In this document: positions 18,440 to 26,760 of the stretch, one piece after another
How positions within the stretch are numbered: the first letter of the stretch is position 1
Layout of the letters: each line of letters starts with the position of its first letter
Origin: a virus
Lineage: Duplodnaviria > Caudoviricetes
Length of the DNA stretch: 36,006 nucleotides
IMG/VR virus record: IMGVR_UViG_3300009528_000582
Span: 1 to 36,006 of that record
Reading direction: 5' to 3' (one strand)
Notes under the pieces: generated by a model
What the model saw: only the letters and a program-made list of their open reading frames with translations
What the model was told of the DNA's origin: nothing
Database searches by the model: none
Translations under genes and position numbers: made by a program

Positions 18440-19423
18440 CTACAGCGCCTTGATCACGCTTACCGCTCTGGCAAGGATAAGATCGCCTTCGGCCAGGACG
18501 ATGGGCGGGATGGAGCTATCGGCAGAGATGAGCAGATGCTGATCGCCGCGCCGGACGTAGAACTTGAGCGCGGTCTCGCCTTGCACGAGCGCGACGACCA
18601 TGGCGCCGGGGGCAAGGTGCTCGCCCTCATACGGTTCGCACGCTACCTGATCGCCGTCCTGAACTGCCGGGGCCATGGAGTTGCCCCGGACCTGAAGCGC
18701 GAACGCACCGGGGTGGCGGATAGCGTCTGCGGCTACTGCGACGTTACCCAGGGGCACGACCTCGGGCGCGAACGGATTGCCGCCCGGCACTATGCCCAGG
18801 ATAGGGATCCAGCGGATTGGGGCAGGGGTAAGCTCCTTTGAGGGGATCTCGCCGTGCTTCAGTCGTTCGATGATCTGTTCGGTTTCGGAAAGCTTCATCT
18901 CGCCCTCTCCGGTGCAGAGCCAGCGCAGGCGCACGCCGAGCGCGGCGGCAAGCTTCTCAAACAGAGACTCATCCGGCGTGCGGGCGCCCGATTCCCAGCG
19001 CGAGACCAGGCTGGAGCCGACGCCAAGCTTACGGGCAAACGCGGCCTGAGATAGCTTGTGTGCTTTGCGAGCGTATTTAATGCGGCGAGAGAGATCACGC
19101 CAGTTGGGAGGAGTCAGTTTGTCCATATCGGCTCGGGTTCTCCGCATCAGGTCCAGCATTGGTTTTACCCCTGGGCTTTCCGTAATCGCTCTCACCGGAC
19201 TCCGCTCCATCATCCCCTCACCGGTAAGAAGCCAGTTGAGGTTGACTTCCAAAGCATCGGCTATGCGAACGAGCGTATCTCGCCGGGGATTTTTATACGT
19301 TCCCGTCTCCCAACGAGAAATTGCGGAATGCCGAACATCTAAAATACGTCCTAGAGCTTCCCCAGAAAGCCCTCGTTTTTTGCGAGCGTATCTAATTCGG
19401 GAACCTATAGTATCAACAGCCAT
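18440..19423 (-). CDS. Phage repressor: two tandem XRE HTH domains plus S24 (LexA/CI-type) peptidase
   Basis: Two copies of RI.YARK...LS......L.V....SRWE.G...L.V...WL.TGEG.M; then IPILG.VPGG, V.GNSM.P and ALK catalytic motifs. Start is ATG 19423 or TTG 19438. Confidence 0.92.
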   Translation of the reverse strand: MAVDTIGSRIRYARKKRGLSGEALGRILDVRHSAISRWETGTYKNPRRDTLVRIADALEVNLNWLLTGEGMMERSPVRAITESPGVKPMLDLMRRTRADMDKLTPPNWRDLSRRIKYARKAHKLSQAAFARKLGVGSSLVSRWESGARTPDESLFEKLAAALGVRLRWLCTGEGEMKLSETEQIIERLKHGEIPSKELTPAPIRWIPILGIVPGGNPFAPEVVPLGNVAVAADAIRHPGAFALQVRGNSMAPAVQDGDQVACEPYEGEHLAPGAMVVALVQGETALKFYVRRGDQHLLISADSSIPPIVLAEGDLILARAVSVIKAL

Positions 19424-19478
19424 ACTTAAAGTCCTCAATTAGGGACAAAAGACTTGACAAGCTTCCCGAATTGGTTAC
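19388..19478. promoter_or_regulatory. Three candidate repressor operators (16-bp imperfect palindrome centred on AATT)
   Basis: 19388-19403 (reverse complement TTCCCGAATTAGATAC), 19431-19446 GTCCTCAATTAGGGAC and 19463-19478 TTCCCGAATTGGTTAC; the last lies in the spacer and -10 of the early promoter. Confidence 0.6.
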
Positions 19479-19481
19479 AAT
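19454..19481 (+). promoter_or_regulatory. Sigma70-type early (lytic) promoter
   Basis: TTGACA (19454-59), 16-bp spacer, TACAAT (19476-81); divergent from the repressor. Confidence 0.8.
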
Positions 19482-19644
19482 AAGGCATGACTAAGACAAC
19501 CGCCCGCAACGCGACCCTTATCATGGGGAAACAAGACTCTCATCATACCGACTCCTCGGTTCGTTTGCGCTCCTCTCATACTTCCAAAGCTCAGGATGAT
19601 ACGCGTAAAGGTTTGGCTGTCAAGTTTACAAAAAAGGGGGAGGG

Positions 19645-19968
19645 GTGGCAACAATAATTCCAAAGTCAAAACGCGGGCCGGGCAAGCCGCCTGCAGGCAG
19701 GACGGCCAACCCTGACCTGATCTGGCAAAGGATGCGCGAGCGCGGAATCAGGACGATCCCCGAACTGGGCGACAGGATCGGGAAGCTCGTCGGAAGACCA
19801 ATCCACGACTGCGTGATATCCAGGCTCATCAACGGTAAGCGCCAGAGCATTGTCCTGCAGCGCGCCATCGCCCGTGTATTAGGTCTGGAACTTGACGCGG
19901 CGTTCCCGAAGGACAAACCACAGATTACACAGATTTCACAGAAGGACAAGGGAAGGACGAAGAAATGA
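19645..19968 (+). CDS. Ner/Cro-like HTH regulator
   Basis: M..RG..TI.EL...IG.......ISRLING.R....Q.AIA.VLG......F; first gene divergent from the repressor; GGAGG RBS. Confidence 0.8.
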   Translation: MATIIPKSKRGPGKPPAGRTANPDLIWQRMRERGIRTIPELGDRIGKLVGRPIHDCVISRLINGKRQSIVLQRAIARVLGLELDAAFPKDKPQITQISQKDKGRTKK

Positions 19969-20089
19969 AATCCGTAACCCCCTCTTTTAGTTTTGGGTCA
20001 GGCCGCCCCCGGTCCCCCTTGGCAGAATCACCCAGTTCAGTCATCGCCGGCCTGGGGCGGTCTGGATTTATTAAAGAAAGGAGTGAACA

Positions 20090-20551
20090 ATGGTAGAGAT
20101 TAAATCGTGGGAGGATGTTGACCGGGCGCTGGCCAAGATAGGGGCGCTGCAGCGCGGGATAGGCAAGGCCGCGGATGAGTGCAACGCCAAGACCGCAGAG
20201 CTTAGCAAGAAGTTTGCCGAAAAGACTCGATTCTCAAAAGAAGAACTGATCGACCTCGATAAGGCGATAAAGGCCTTTGCGCTCAGCCGGGAGAACGAGT
20301 TCAAGAAGAAGCGATCCAGAACGCTCAGCGCGGGAACTATCAAGCTGCGTTTCGTTACCCTGCTTCACATCCCGAACACTGCTCAGACTATCGAGGCGCT
20401 CAGGGCCGCAGGGAAGGTAGACGCAATCAAAGTCACGGAAGGCGTGCTCAAGTCGGCACTGGCAAACTTTACGGACGCAGAGCTTACAAGCTACGGCATG
20501 CAGCGCAAGACGCACACCGAGGTCATCGTCAAACCAAACCCGCTCCAATAG
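20090..20551 (+). CDS. gam: Mu Gam-like host-nuclease inhibitor (DNA end-binding, Ku-related)
   Basis: IKSWEDVD.AL..IG...K.FA...EF...RS..L..G.I..R...I...E...K..L signature; AAGGAG RBS. Confidence 0.85.
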   Translation: MVEIKSWEDVDRALAKIGALQRGIGKAADECNAKTAELSKKFAEKTRFSKEELIDLDKAIKAFALSRENEFKKKRSRTLSAGTIKLRFVTLLHIPNTAQTIEALRAAGKVDAIKVTEGVLKSALANFTDAELTSYGMQRKTHTEVIVKPNPLQ

Positions 20552-20553
20552 CC

Positions 20554-21147
20554 ATGCCGGAGATCCCCCTGCGGTTCGATACGCGCAAGGCCGCTGTGGC
20601 TAACGTCACGCGGGCGTTCTATTGTTCGCGGCGGTGCGCGGGGATCTCGCCTGGGGTCTGTCAGCGCTGCTGGGTCGCGGGGAAGGCGCCGGGATTCGTA
20701 CAAGCCCACGCAAGCTGTATCGCGATACATCGGGTGATAGCTATCCGACCGTTCAAACGCGGGACGCTCGATCCGACGGAGGAGGCGGTGTGGGAGCTGC
20801 TTTATACCGAGTTGAAGGCGCTCGGAGAAGACAAGGCTATCGTTGCCGACGAGATTATCCGCAAGCTTAAAGCCCCTGAGCGGGGCGCGTTTCCCCTCAC
20901 CGACCGGTCCCTGCGGGACAGCATTCTGCGAATGGCGGCAAAGGGACACCTCATCGTGAGCACCGTGCACAAGCCGTTCGGGTTCTTTATCCCGCAAGCC
21001 GAGGAGGAAGTGATCGCCTACATGGGCAACCTGAAGGCGCGGAAGGATGCGCTCGACGAGCGGCAAAAGGTGTGCATGAAGTTCATCCAGCCGCCAGGCA
21101 AACAACTTGAGCATTTAGGCATAGGAACAGAGAGGGCGTCGCAATGA
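20554..21147 (+). CDS. Cys-motif plus winged-helix DNA-binding protein
   Basis: N-terminal FYC-x11-C-x2-CW-x14-C; C-terminal TDRSLR..I......I.S.....GFFI....EE wHTH pattern. Confidence 0.55.
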   Translation: MPEIPLRFDTRKAAVANVTRAFYCSRRCAGISPGVCQRCWVAGKAPGFVQAHASCIAIHRVIAIRPFKRGTLDPTEEAVWELLYTELKALGEDKAIVADEIIRKLKAPERGAFPLTDRSLRDSILRMAAKGHLIVSTVHKPFGFFIPQAEEEVIAYMGNLKARKDALDERQKVCMKFIQPPGKQLEHLGIGTERASQ

Positions 21148-21258
21148 AAGTGCTTGGAGTAAGCCCTCCTCCCCTCGTCCCCGGCGCGGCAGTCATACCG
21201 ACACTCCGTGTCCGGGGGCGGGGATTTAATTACCACCCGAAGAAACCGGGAGAGTCGT

Positions 21259-22584
21259 ATGACTGCAATAACTACCCAAGCCTGCGAGGCGGCGATGAGT
21301 AAGGCCCGCACGCAGGACAAACCGAAAGAAGCCACGGCGATCAAGCGCCAGAGCTTCTTCTGCAAACGCCGGGGGCGCAAGGTCGCCCCGGCACAGTGCG
21401 CGGACTGTTGGGATGCAAAGCCCTATACCGAGAAGTTCAGCTATCACGAGAGCCGGCAGAACTGTATCAAAGAGAACAAGGAGAAACCGGTGACCCAAAA
21501 ACCTTCACTTTCATCTAATCTTCCCGAACCCCGCCAGCCCTTGCCCGTAGGGGCTGAGGTAGAGGTCAAAGAAAAAGGACAATACCCCGTCCATGTCCAG
21601 ATAACTAAAGAGATGGTCGAGGACCACGAGGCCGCGCTCACGTACGCGGCTCAGGCTGCCAAGGACAAGATGCGCGGCGAGATCCTGTTATGCGTGGCCG
21701 TCGCGCTCTATGCCGGAGATTCAGGGAAAACCACAGAGGAACAATTAGCGTCCTTAAAAAGCCCGCTCGCGCAAATACGTGACTTAAAAGCGAATCGGCA
21801 CCGCGGTGCCGGTCTTTCCAGTAAATTAGTAGGATATTGCCCCTGGGTGATAGATGGATACCCTTCTTTCCAGGAGGCGATTAAAGAGGTCTTTGGAATG
21901 GGGTATCGCTCCGCCAAGTATCGCCGGGCTATCGGCAAGGCACTCATTGCCCAGTTCGGCAAGGAGAACGTAATCGCAAAGGCCGAGGCGATGGGGATTG
22001 CTCGGATTCCACAGCGCAAGCTGCGCGAGCTTCTCAAGGCGCCGAAGTTCTTTGAGGACCTGTGCACGCGCGGCCGGGTTCGGTTGCCGGACGGCGAGGA
22101 GATAACGCTAGATAGGGTACTCGATACCGGAATAGACGAACTCCCGGCGCTGCTTGCTCAGTTTGCTGGAACGCCCCGGGCGCTACCCTCTACGGAGAAG
22201 AAAAAGAAAGACCCGTTCAAGGCGTGGAAAGAGGACGACCCGTTCAAGGATACGCCGCTGGCCGCAAAGGAAGCGAAGATCCTCAGCACCGTCGGGGCGT
22301 GGGTTATTGCTTTACGAGAAATCCGCGACGGAGTCGCTCAGGACGCTAAGCTCTGGCCTCAGGATGCGCCGGAGATCATGGGATCCTCGCCAGACATCCA
22401 GAAGGCATTCGAGGATTTCGACGGCATCCTGCTTGCCCTGCTACGCACCTCACTGGTAATCCGCCGTAATCCGGAACAAGCTGAAGAGGTTGCCAATTGC
22501 GAAGAAGGCAGCCTTGACGGGTTACGTACTATCGCACGCGACCTGCTTGACCTGGACGACGAGGAGAAGGCAAAGCGAGCATGA
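21259..22584 (+). CDS. Transposase-adjacent protein with Cys motif and DUF3102-like HTH
   Basis: Long ORF coupled to the transposase (ATGA); FFC-x11-C-x2-CW motif; GY.SF.E......FGM..RSA..R segment. Start uncertain (21208, 21259 or 21295). Confidence 0.6.
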   Translation: MTAITTQACEAAMSKARTQDKPKEATAIKRQSFFCKRRGRKVAPAQCADCWDAKPYTEKFSYHESRQNCIKENKEKPVTQKPSLSSNLPEPRQPLPVGAEVEVKEKGQYPVHVQITKEMVEDHEAALTYAAQAAKDKMRGEILLCVAVALYAGDSGKTTEEQLASLKSPLAQIRDLKANRHRGAGLSSKLVGYCPWVIDGYPSFQEAIKEVFGMGYRSAKYRRAIGKALIAQFGKENVIAKAEAMGIARIPQRKLRELLKAPKFFEDLCTRGRVRLPDGEEITLDRVLDTGIDELPALLAQFAGTPRALPSTEKKKKDPFKAWKEDDPFKDTPLAAKEAKILSTVGAWVIALREIRDGVAQDAKLWPQDAPEIMGSSPDIQKAFEDFDGILLALLRTSLVIRRNPEQAEEVANCEEGSLDGLRTIARDLLDLDDEEKAKRA

Positions 22585-24200
22585 GGCCGATCTCGCTTAG
22601 CCCGCAGGCGTTCGCCAAGGCGTGCGAAGAATACCGGTCCGCCGGACACGGACAGAAGCGGGGAGTGCTTGCGAAGTGGGCTGAGCGCGCAGGTTGTCAC
22701 CCCGGCTCTCTGCGTAACGCAATCCGGCGTGGATTCATTACGCAGCCGCGGAGCTATAACTTCACCCCGGAGAAGAAAGCGATACTCAACATCGCCGCCA
22801 CGTTTATGGAACGCAGGATCCTTTCTAATCAGAACAAGAGCATCCCTGTCTCTGTGGTTATCCGCTCCGCCGAGGAGCTGGGGGTCATTCCGCCGGGCGC
22901 TATCAAGCCGCGAGAGCTTTCCAGCTACATCCGCCGCCATCGGCTTGCCCCGCAACACCGGGTGACGGGCCGGTTCCGTCGCACGGAGCCGAACGCGCTG
23001 CACCAGATAGATTTCTCGGTCTCGCGCGTACTGGCCTATGCCGGTGAAGGCCGGGTCCAGATACGAAGCAATTTCAAGATCCCCTACGAGAATCGCCCGG
23101 ACGATGTGCGTAAGCGTGTGTGGCTGGGGTGCCTGGTTGACGACGCTTCGGGGGTAATGTTCGCTCAGTATTTCCTTTCACGAGGGGAGGACACCTCGCT
23201 TGCCATAGAGTTCATGCAAGAGGCCTGGCGCCGCAAGGAGGATTATCCGTTCTGGGGCGTGCCGCGAGCCACGTACGGCGACCAGGTAAGCTGGGGGAAA
23301 ACCGAAGAGATAAAGCATCTCCTTGAGAAGCTGGGTACCCGACAAATCCTTACCCCGCCGGGGCAGCCGTGGAAGAAAGGCAAAGTAGAGCGTTCGTTCC
23401 GGCCTGTCAAAGAGGAGTTTGAGGTCTTCAAGATAGGCTCCCTTGCACGCGGGACAATGCTTTCACTTATCCAGGTCAACGAGATGCTTGCGAAGTTCTG
23501 CATGAAGCTCAATCTGCGGCAGCATCCTTCGGGCAAGGAGACGCGGCTTGACTACTGGCTCAACCACGTGGGCGACCTGTGGTTCCCTGAGAACTTCCGC
23601 GAACTTGCCTACAAACACCTCAAGGCCACTGTCAGGCGCGGGTACATCCAGTACGATAAGAAGACCTATTGGGCACCGCCGGAGATCCCGGACGGCGAGC
23701 GCGTGGAGCTTATTGAGCTTGACGGCAAACTATACATCTATCGCCCCGGCACTAAATTCAGGCCTGCCCAGCGGCTGTTATTACAAGAGGCCGGGCTTAA
23801 CCTTGCCCCGCCGGTGGACGCGGAAAGCGTTGCTATACGTGAACAGATAGAACAGATACACATCCCGTCTGCGAGTGTAAGCGAGGTTGAGGGCGTGCTT
23901 GCGAGCTATATCCCTGATTCCGTGGATCTCACTCCCCCGCCGCCCACGAGGCACACGAAAGTCCAGGGGCCGGGGGTTGAGCTGCTGCATGAGGATGCAC
24001 AGCGAGCGCTTCTGGCGGATATCTTGAGCACACCGCTCGGCAACCTGCCCCAGGAATTGCGCGAGGAACTGATAGACCCGTTTGTAGCGAGCCCGCACTC
24101 GAGGCCCGAGGTCAAGCGCCAGGCCGAGCATATCCTGCAGGCGCTTGCCAGGCCCGCGCAGTCGAAGATCGAGGAGAAGCTGAGGAGCGGCCATGAGTAA
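22581..24200 (+). CDS. Mu-like DDE transposase (MuA equivalent)
   Basis: EPNALHQID, VDDASG, GVP...YGD, PG.P..KGKVER (DDE triad), N.R.H and C-terminal V.RG.I.Y....Y domain. Confidence 0.9.
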   Translation: MRPISLSPQAFAKACEEYRSAGHGQKRGVLAKWAERAGCHPGSLRNAIRRGFITQPRSYNFTPEKKAILNIAATFMERRILSNQNKSIPVSVVIRSAEELGVIPPGAIKPRELSSYIRRHRLAPQHRVTGRFRRTEPNALHQIDFSVSRVLAYAGEGRVQIRSNFKIPYENRPDDVRKRVWLGCLVDDASGVMFAQYFLSRGEDTSLAIEFMQEAWRRKEDYPFWGVPRATYGDQVSWGKTEEIKHLLEKLGTRQILTPPGQPWKKGKVERSFRPVKEEFEVFKIGSLARGTMLSLIQVNEMLAKFCMKLNLRQHPSGKETRLDYWLNHVGDLWFPENFRELAYKHLKATVRRGYIQYDKKTYWAPPEIPDGERVELIELDGKLYIYRPGTKFRPAQRLLLQEAGLNLAPPVDAESVAIREQIEQIHIPSASVSEVEGVLASYIPDSVDLTPPPPTRHTKVQGPGVELLHEDAQRALLADILSTPLGNLPQELREELIDPFVASPHSRPEVKRQAEHILQALARPAQSKIEEKLRSGHE

Positions 24201-24624
24201 AGAGAACCAGCCGGTTAGACGCTGCATAATCTGCGGGTGGCCTGAGACGCAGTTAAAAGCAAACTCTATTCCCTACACCGAAGTGGAAAGCGCCGGGTTT
24301 ATCAAGCAAACGATATCCATGATCCTTGAGGAGCACAAAGACGATTTACCCGCGGCTGTTAAGTATAAGCTGTCCCAGCTGAGGAAGCTGCATTATGATG
24401 CGTTACTCTGTACTATTTGCATTAAATACCTCTCCTCCCTCGTCCAGCGACCCGCCCCCCGGCAAAAGAAGTTCCGGCTTGACGTAAAAGATTCGGCGCC
24501 GCAGAGTCACCCCGACAGGCTCAGGGAAGGAGAACCAAAACCTACCGCAGCTGAAGCCAGAACCTTCCGCGATCTGATAAGGCAGCTTAAATCCGGCGAC
24601 GGGCCAGCGATGGACAAGGTGTAG
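24193..24624 (+). CDS. Hypothetical protein, CxxC...CxxC
   Basis: RCIICG...LCTIC; GAGGAG RBS; overlaps the transposase stop. Confidence 0.6.
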   Translation: MSKENQPVRRCIICGWPETQLKANSIPYTEVESAGFIKQTISMILEEHKDDLPAAVKYKLSQLRKLHYDALLCTICIKYLSSLVQRPAPRQKKFRLDVKDSAPQSHPDRLREGEPKPTAAEARTFRDLIRQLKSGDGPAMDKV

Positions 24625-24699
24625 GGATGAGTAGAGATCAATGCAAAAGGCAAATTGCAAACTTCAAATTGGTCTAACGACCAGAAAGGAGGACAACCT

Positions 24700-24990
24700 A
24701 TGTGGGGCGAAGAACTCACAATCAACCTGTTCGGCGTCACGCTTCTCGGAAGCGTAATAGTCGCCGCAATCGTCGCAAAGCTCAAGGTCTGGCTCGAGAC
24801 TCAAGGCTGGGTCAACACGGCCCTGGCCTTGCTGGTAGGCACGGCCTTGGGAGGCGCCCTCTTCGGGATACTGCTCGCCATGGGGACCGCCATATTCCCC
24901 TGGTGGGGGTATCTGCTCCAGGGTCTCTTCTCAGGCGGCATAGCAGCCGGGCTTTGGAAAGCCGCGCGAACACTCGGTCGAAAGAACTGA
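24700..24990 (+). CDS. Small 3-TM membrane protein, holin-like
   Basis: AAGGAGG RBS before ATG 24700; three hydrophobic segments; G..SG..A.GLW motif; basic C-terminus. Confidence 0.6.
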   Translation: MWGEELTINLFGVTLLGSVIVAAIVAKLKVWLETQGWVNTALALLVGTALGGALFGILLAMGTAIFPWWGYLLQGLFSGGIAAGLWKAARTLGRKN

Positions 24991-25097
24991 AAACAACCAT
25001 GCAACCCGCCTGCCGCCGTGGTGCTTCAAAAAGCCTCAACCAACGCCATTGGTGGTTTCCGCACCCGGCGGCACGGCGGACTGAAAGGAAAATTGTA

Positions 25098-25364
25098 ATG
25101 CTGATGGCAAGAATGGGCAACCGGCCAAGCTGGTTGGTCGGGATCCTCGATTTTGTGACGCGCATTCCTTTTATTCGGAGATTGTTCATACGGTGGCAGT
25201 GCCGGAAGCTGCGCAGAGCTCTTTCGAGATTAGGCCCCATACTCATAGAAGAATACACCCCCGCTCAAGCGGGGATGAGTAAAGCGATAAGCCTGTTCAA
25301 TAAAGCCTATGCCATGCGGCAGGGCGCGTCCTTAGGCGCCGCGGCGGGCCGAGAGGAGAGTTAG
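25098..25364 (+). CDS. Hypothetical protein (88 aa)
   Basis: AAGGA before ATG 25098; this is the 3' part of ORF-track 24702..25364; abuts the next gene. Confidence 0.5.
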   Translation: MLMARMGNRPSWLVGILDFVTRIPFIRRLFIRWQCRKLRRALSRLGPILIEEYTPAQAGMSKAISLFNKAYAMRQGASLGAAAGREES

Positions 25365-25365
25365 A

Positions 25366-25671
25366 ATGAGGCGAAAAATTACCTGGAACGATAGGCCGAT
25401 TCTCAGAGCCGTATTTAAGACTCTGGAGTGGAATACCCTCGGTGCAGGCAGAATCGAAGGCTATCGAATGGTGAGAAGGGTTCTTGATTCTGCAAGCACC
25501 TCATATACCTACGTAGGTGCAATTACGGAACTGGATCGTTTGATTGCGGCAAGCAAGAGATTGCAGAAGGCGGTTTTATTCAAAAGTAAAAAGAGGTTTA
25601 ACCGACAGATCCAGCTATCCCTAGAGATCGGCAAGAAAATCCTTGGAGAAGTACAAGGAGAGTCAAGATGA
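25366..25671 (+). CDS. Hypothetical basic protein
   Basis: GAGGAG RBS; ATGA coupling to the AAA gene. Confidence 0.6.
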   Translation: MRRKITWNDRPILRAVFKTLEWNTLGAGRIEGYRMVRRVLDSASTSYTYVGAITELDRLIAASKRLQKAVLFKSKKRFNRQIQLSLEIGKKILGEVQGESR

Positions 25672-26540
25672 AAGAGTTGAAAGCGTTTAGCCCGGTTGAA
25701 TCCATCGAGGACGGAAGCTTCTTTGTTTCGAAGGAGATCAAGTCCGTGATCGCCAGGGGCCTGCGCGCCGCGCGGCACCATCAGCTTCTGGTGCTTGACG
25801 CCGAGCACGGAGTAGGCGCGAGCGTGACGCTTGAAGTACTCAAACAATACGCACGCACCGATCCGAACGTCGTCCTTGCAGACATCTTTCCCTATGCGAG
25901 GATGTCCCAGACCATGCTCTGGCACGAAGTCTTGATGGAGCTGGGCGAACGGCCTGCCTGGCGCTGGTCGGACTGGAAAGATGCGAAAGGCAAAACCCAC
26001 CAGGGACGCAACAAGCAACTGCAATACAAGCTTGCGGAGCTGCGCGCTCAGGAGAAATCGGTGCTCATCTGCGTCGACAACGCGCTCTCTATCCCCCACA
26101 GCATCTGGGAGATGCTGCGCGTGATGGCTTCGGTGAGGGCCAATGGCCGTGCTTACGGTCCCGGCATAGTGCTGGTGGCGAACCTGAAAGACAAGACCGC
26201 GCGCTTCAAGCCGGACGACATCATCGCGGAGGGCAAAGAGAACCTGCCCAACATGGTGCGCCGGGTAAGCTTTAAGCTCGCCGGCCTTGATGCGGGCGAG
26301 GTCAACGACTACATCGCCTTCCAGGGCGCACGCGACGGACTCCAGTTCCATCCCGGTTTTCTTGCCCGGCTCATGCAGGAACTCCAGAACGCATACCTCA
26401 CTGCAAACGGCCTTTCCCGCTTCCCCGGCTTCATCAACGCTGTTGCGCTCGATCTCATGGAGGAGTTTCACCACCTCGGCAAACGTATCACTCAATCTGC
26501 CCCTACCCGCGCTAAATCGAAGGTCACTGCAGGGGTATGA
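25668..26540 (+). CDS. MuB/ExeA-like AAA protein with degenerate Walker motifs
   Basis: LLVLDAEHGVGAS (Walker A, K>A), LICVDNA (Walker B, E>N), GIVLVAN, RR, L.GL...EV.DYI and PG.IN motifs; AAGGAG RBS. Confidence 0.8.
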   Translation: MKELKAFSPVESIEDGSFFVSKEIKSVIARGLRAARHHQLLVLDAEHGVGASVTLEVLKQYARTDPNVVLADIFPYARMSQTMLWHEVLMELGERPAWRWSDWKDAKGKTHQGRNKQLQYKLAELRAQEKSVLICVDNALSIPHSIWEMLRVMASVRANGRAYGPGIVLVANLKDKTARFKPDDIIAEGKENLPNMVRRVSFKLAGLDAGEVNDYIAFQGARDGLQFHPGFLARLMQELQNAYLTANGLSRFPGFINAVALDLMEEFHHLGKRITQSAPTRAKSKVTAGV

Positions 26541-26752
26541 AGAAACGCTACCCCTTACGCACCAGGCTTCTGCGCTGGCTGCACTGGCAGCTAAAAGATC
26601 TCGGGATAGCCCGCGAGGAGTTCAAGGCGCGCACAGGAGTGATAAGCATGACCGAGTGGTCGGTTAGTAACTTAATCTCCAAAAACCTTTATCTGTTGTG
26701 GCTCCGGCACCAGCCCTGGCATATCCGCCATGAGCACGGAGCCGCGAGATAG
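26537..26752 (+). CDS. Short GemA/DUF1018-like protein
   Basis: L..LH...K.LGI..EE....TG..S......L resembles the N-terminal half of Mu gp16/GemA. Confidence 0.4.
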   Translation: MKKRYPLRTRLLRWLHWQLKDLGIAREEFKARTGVISMTEWSVSNLISKNLYLLWLRHQPWHIRHEHGAAR

Positions 26753-26760
26753 GAGGATTT

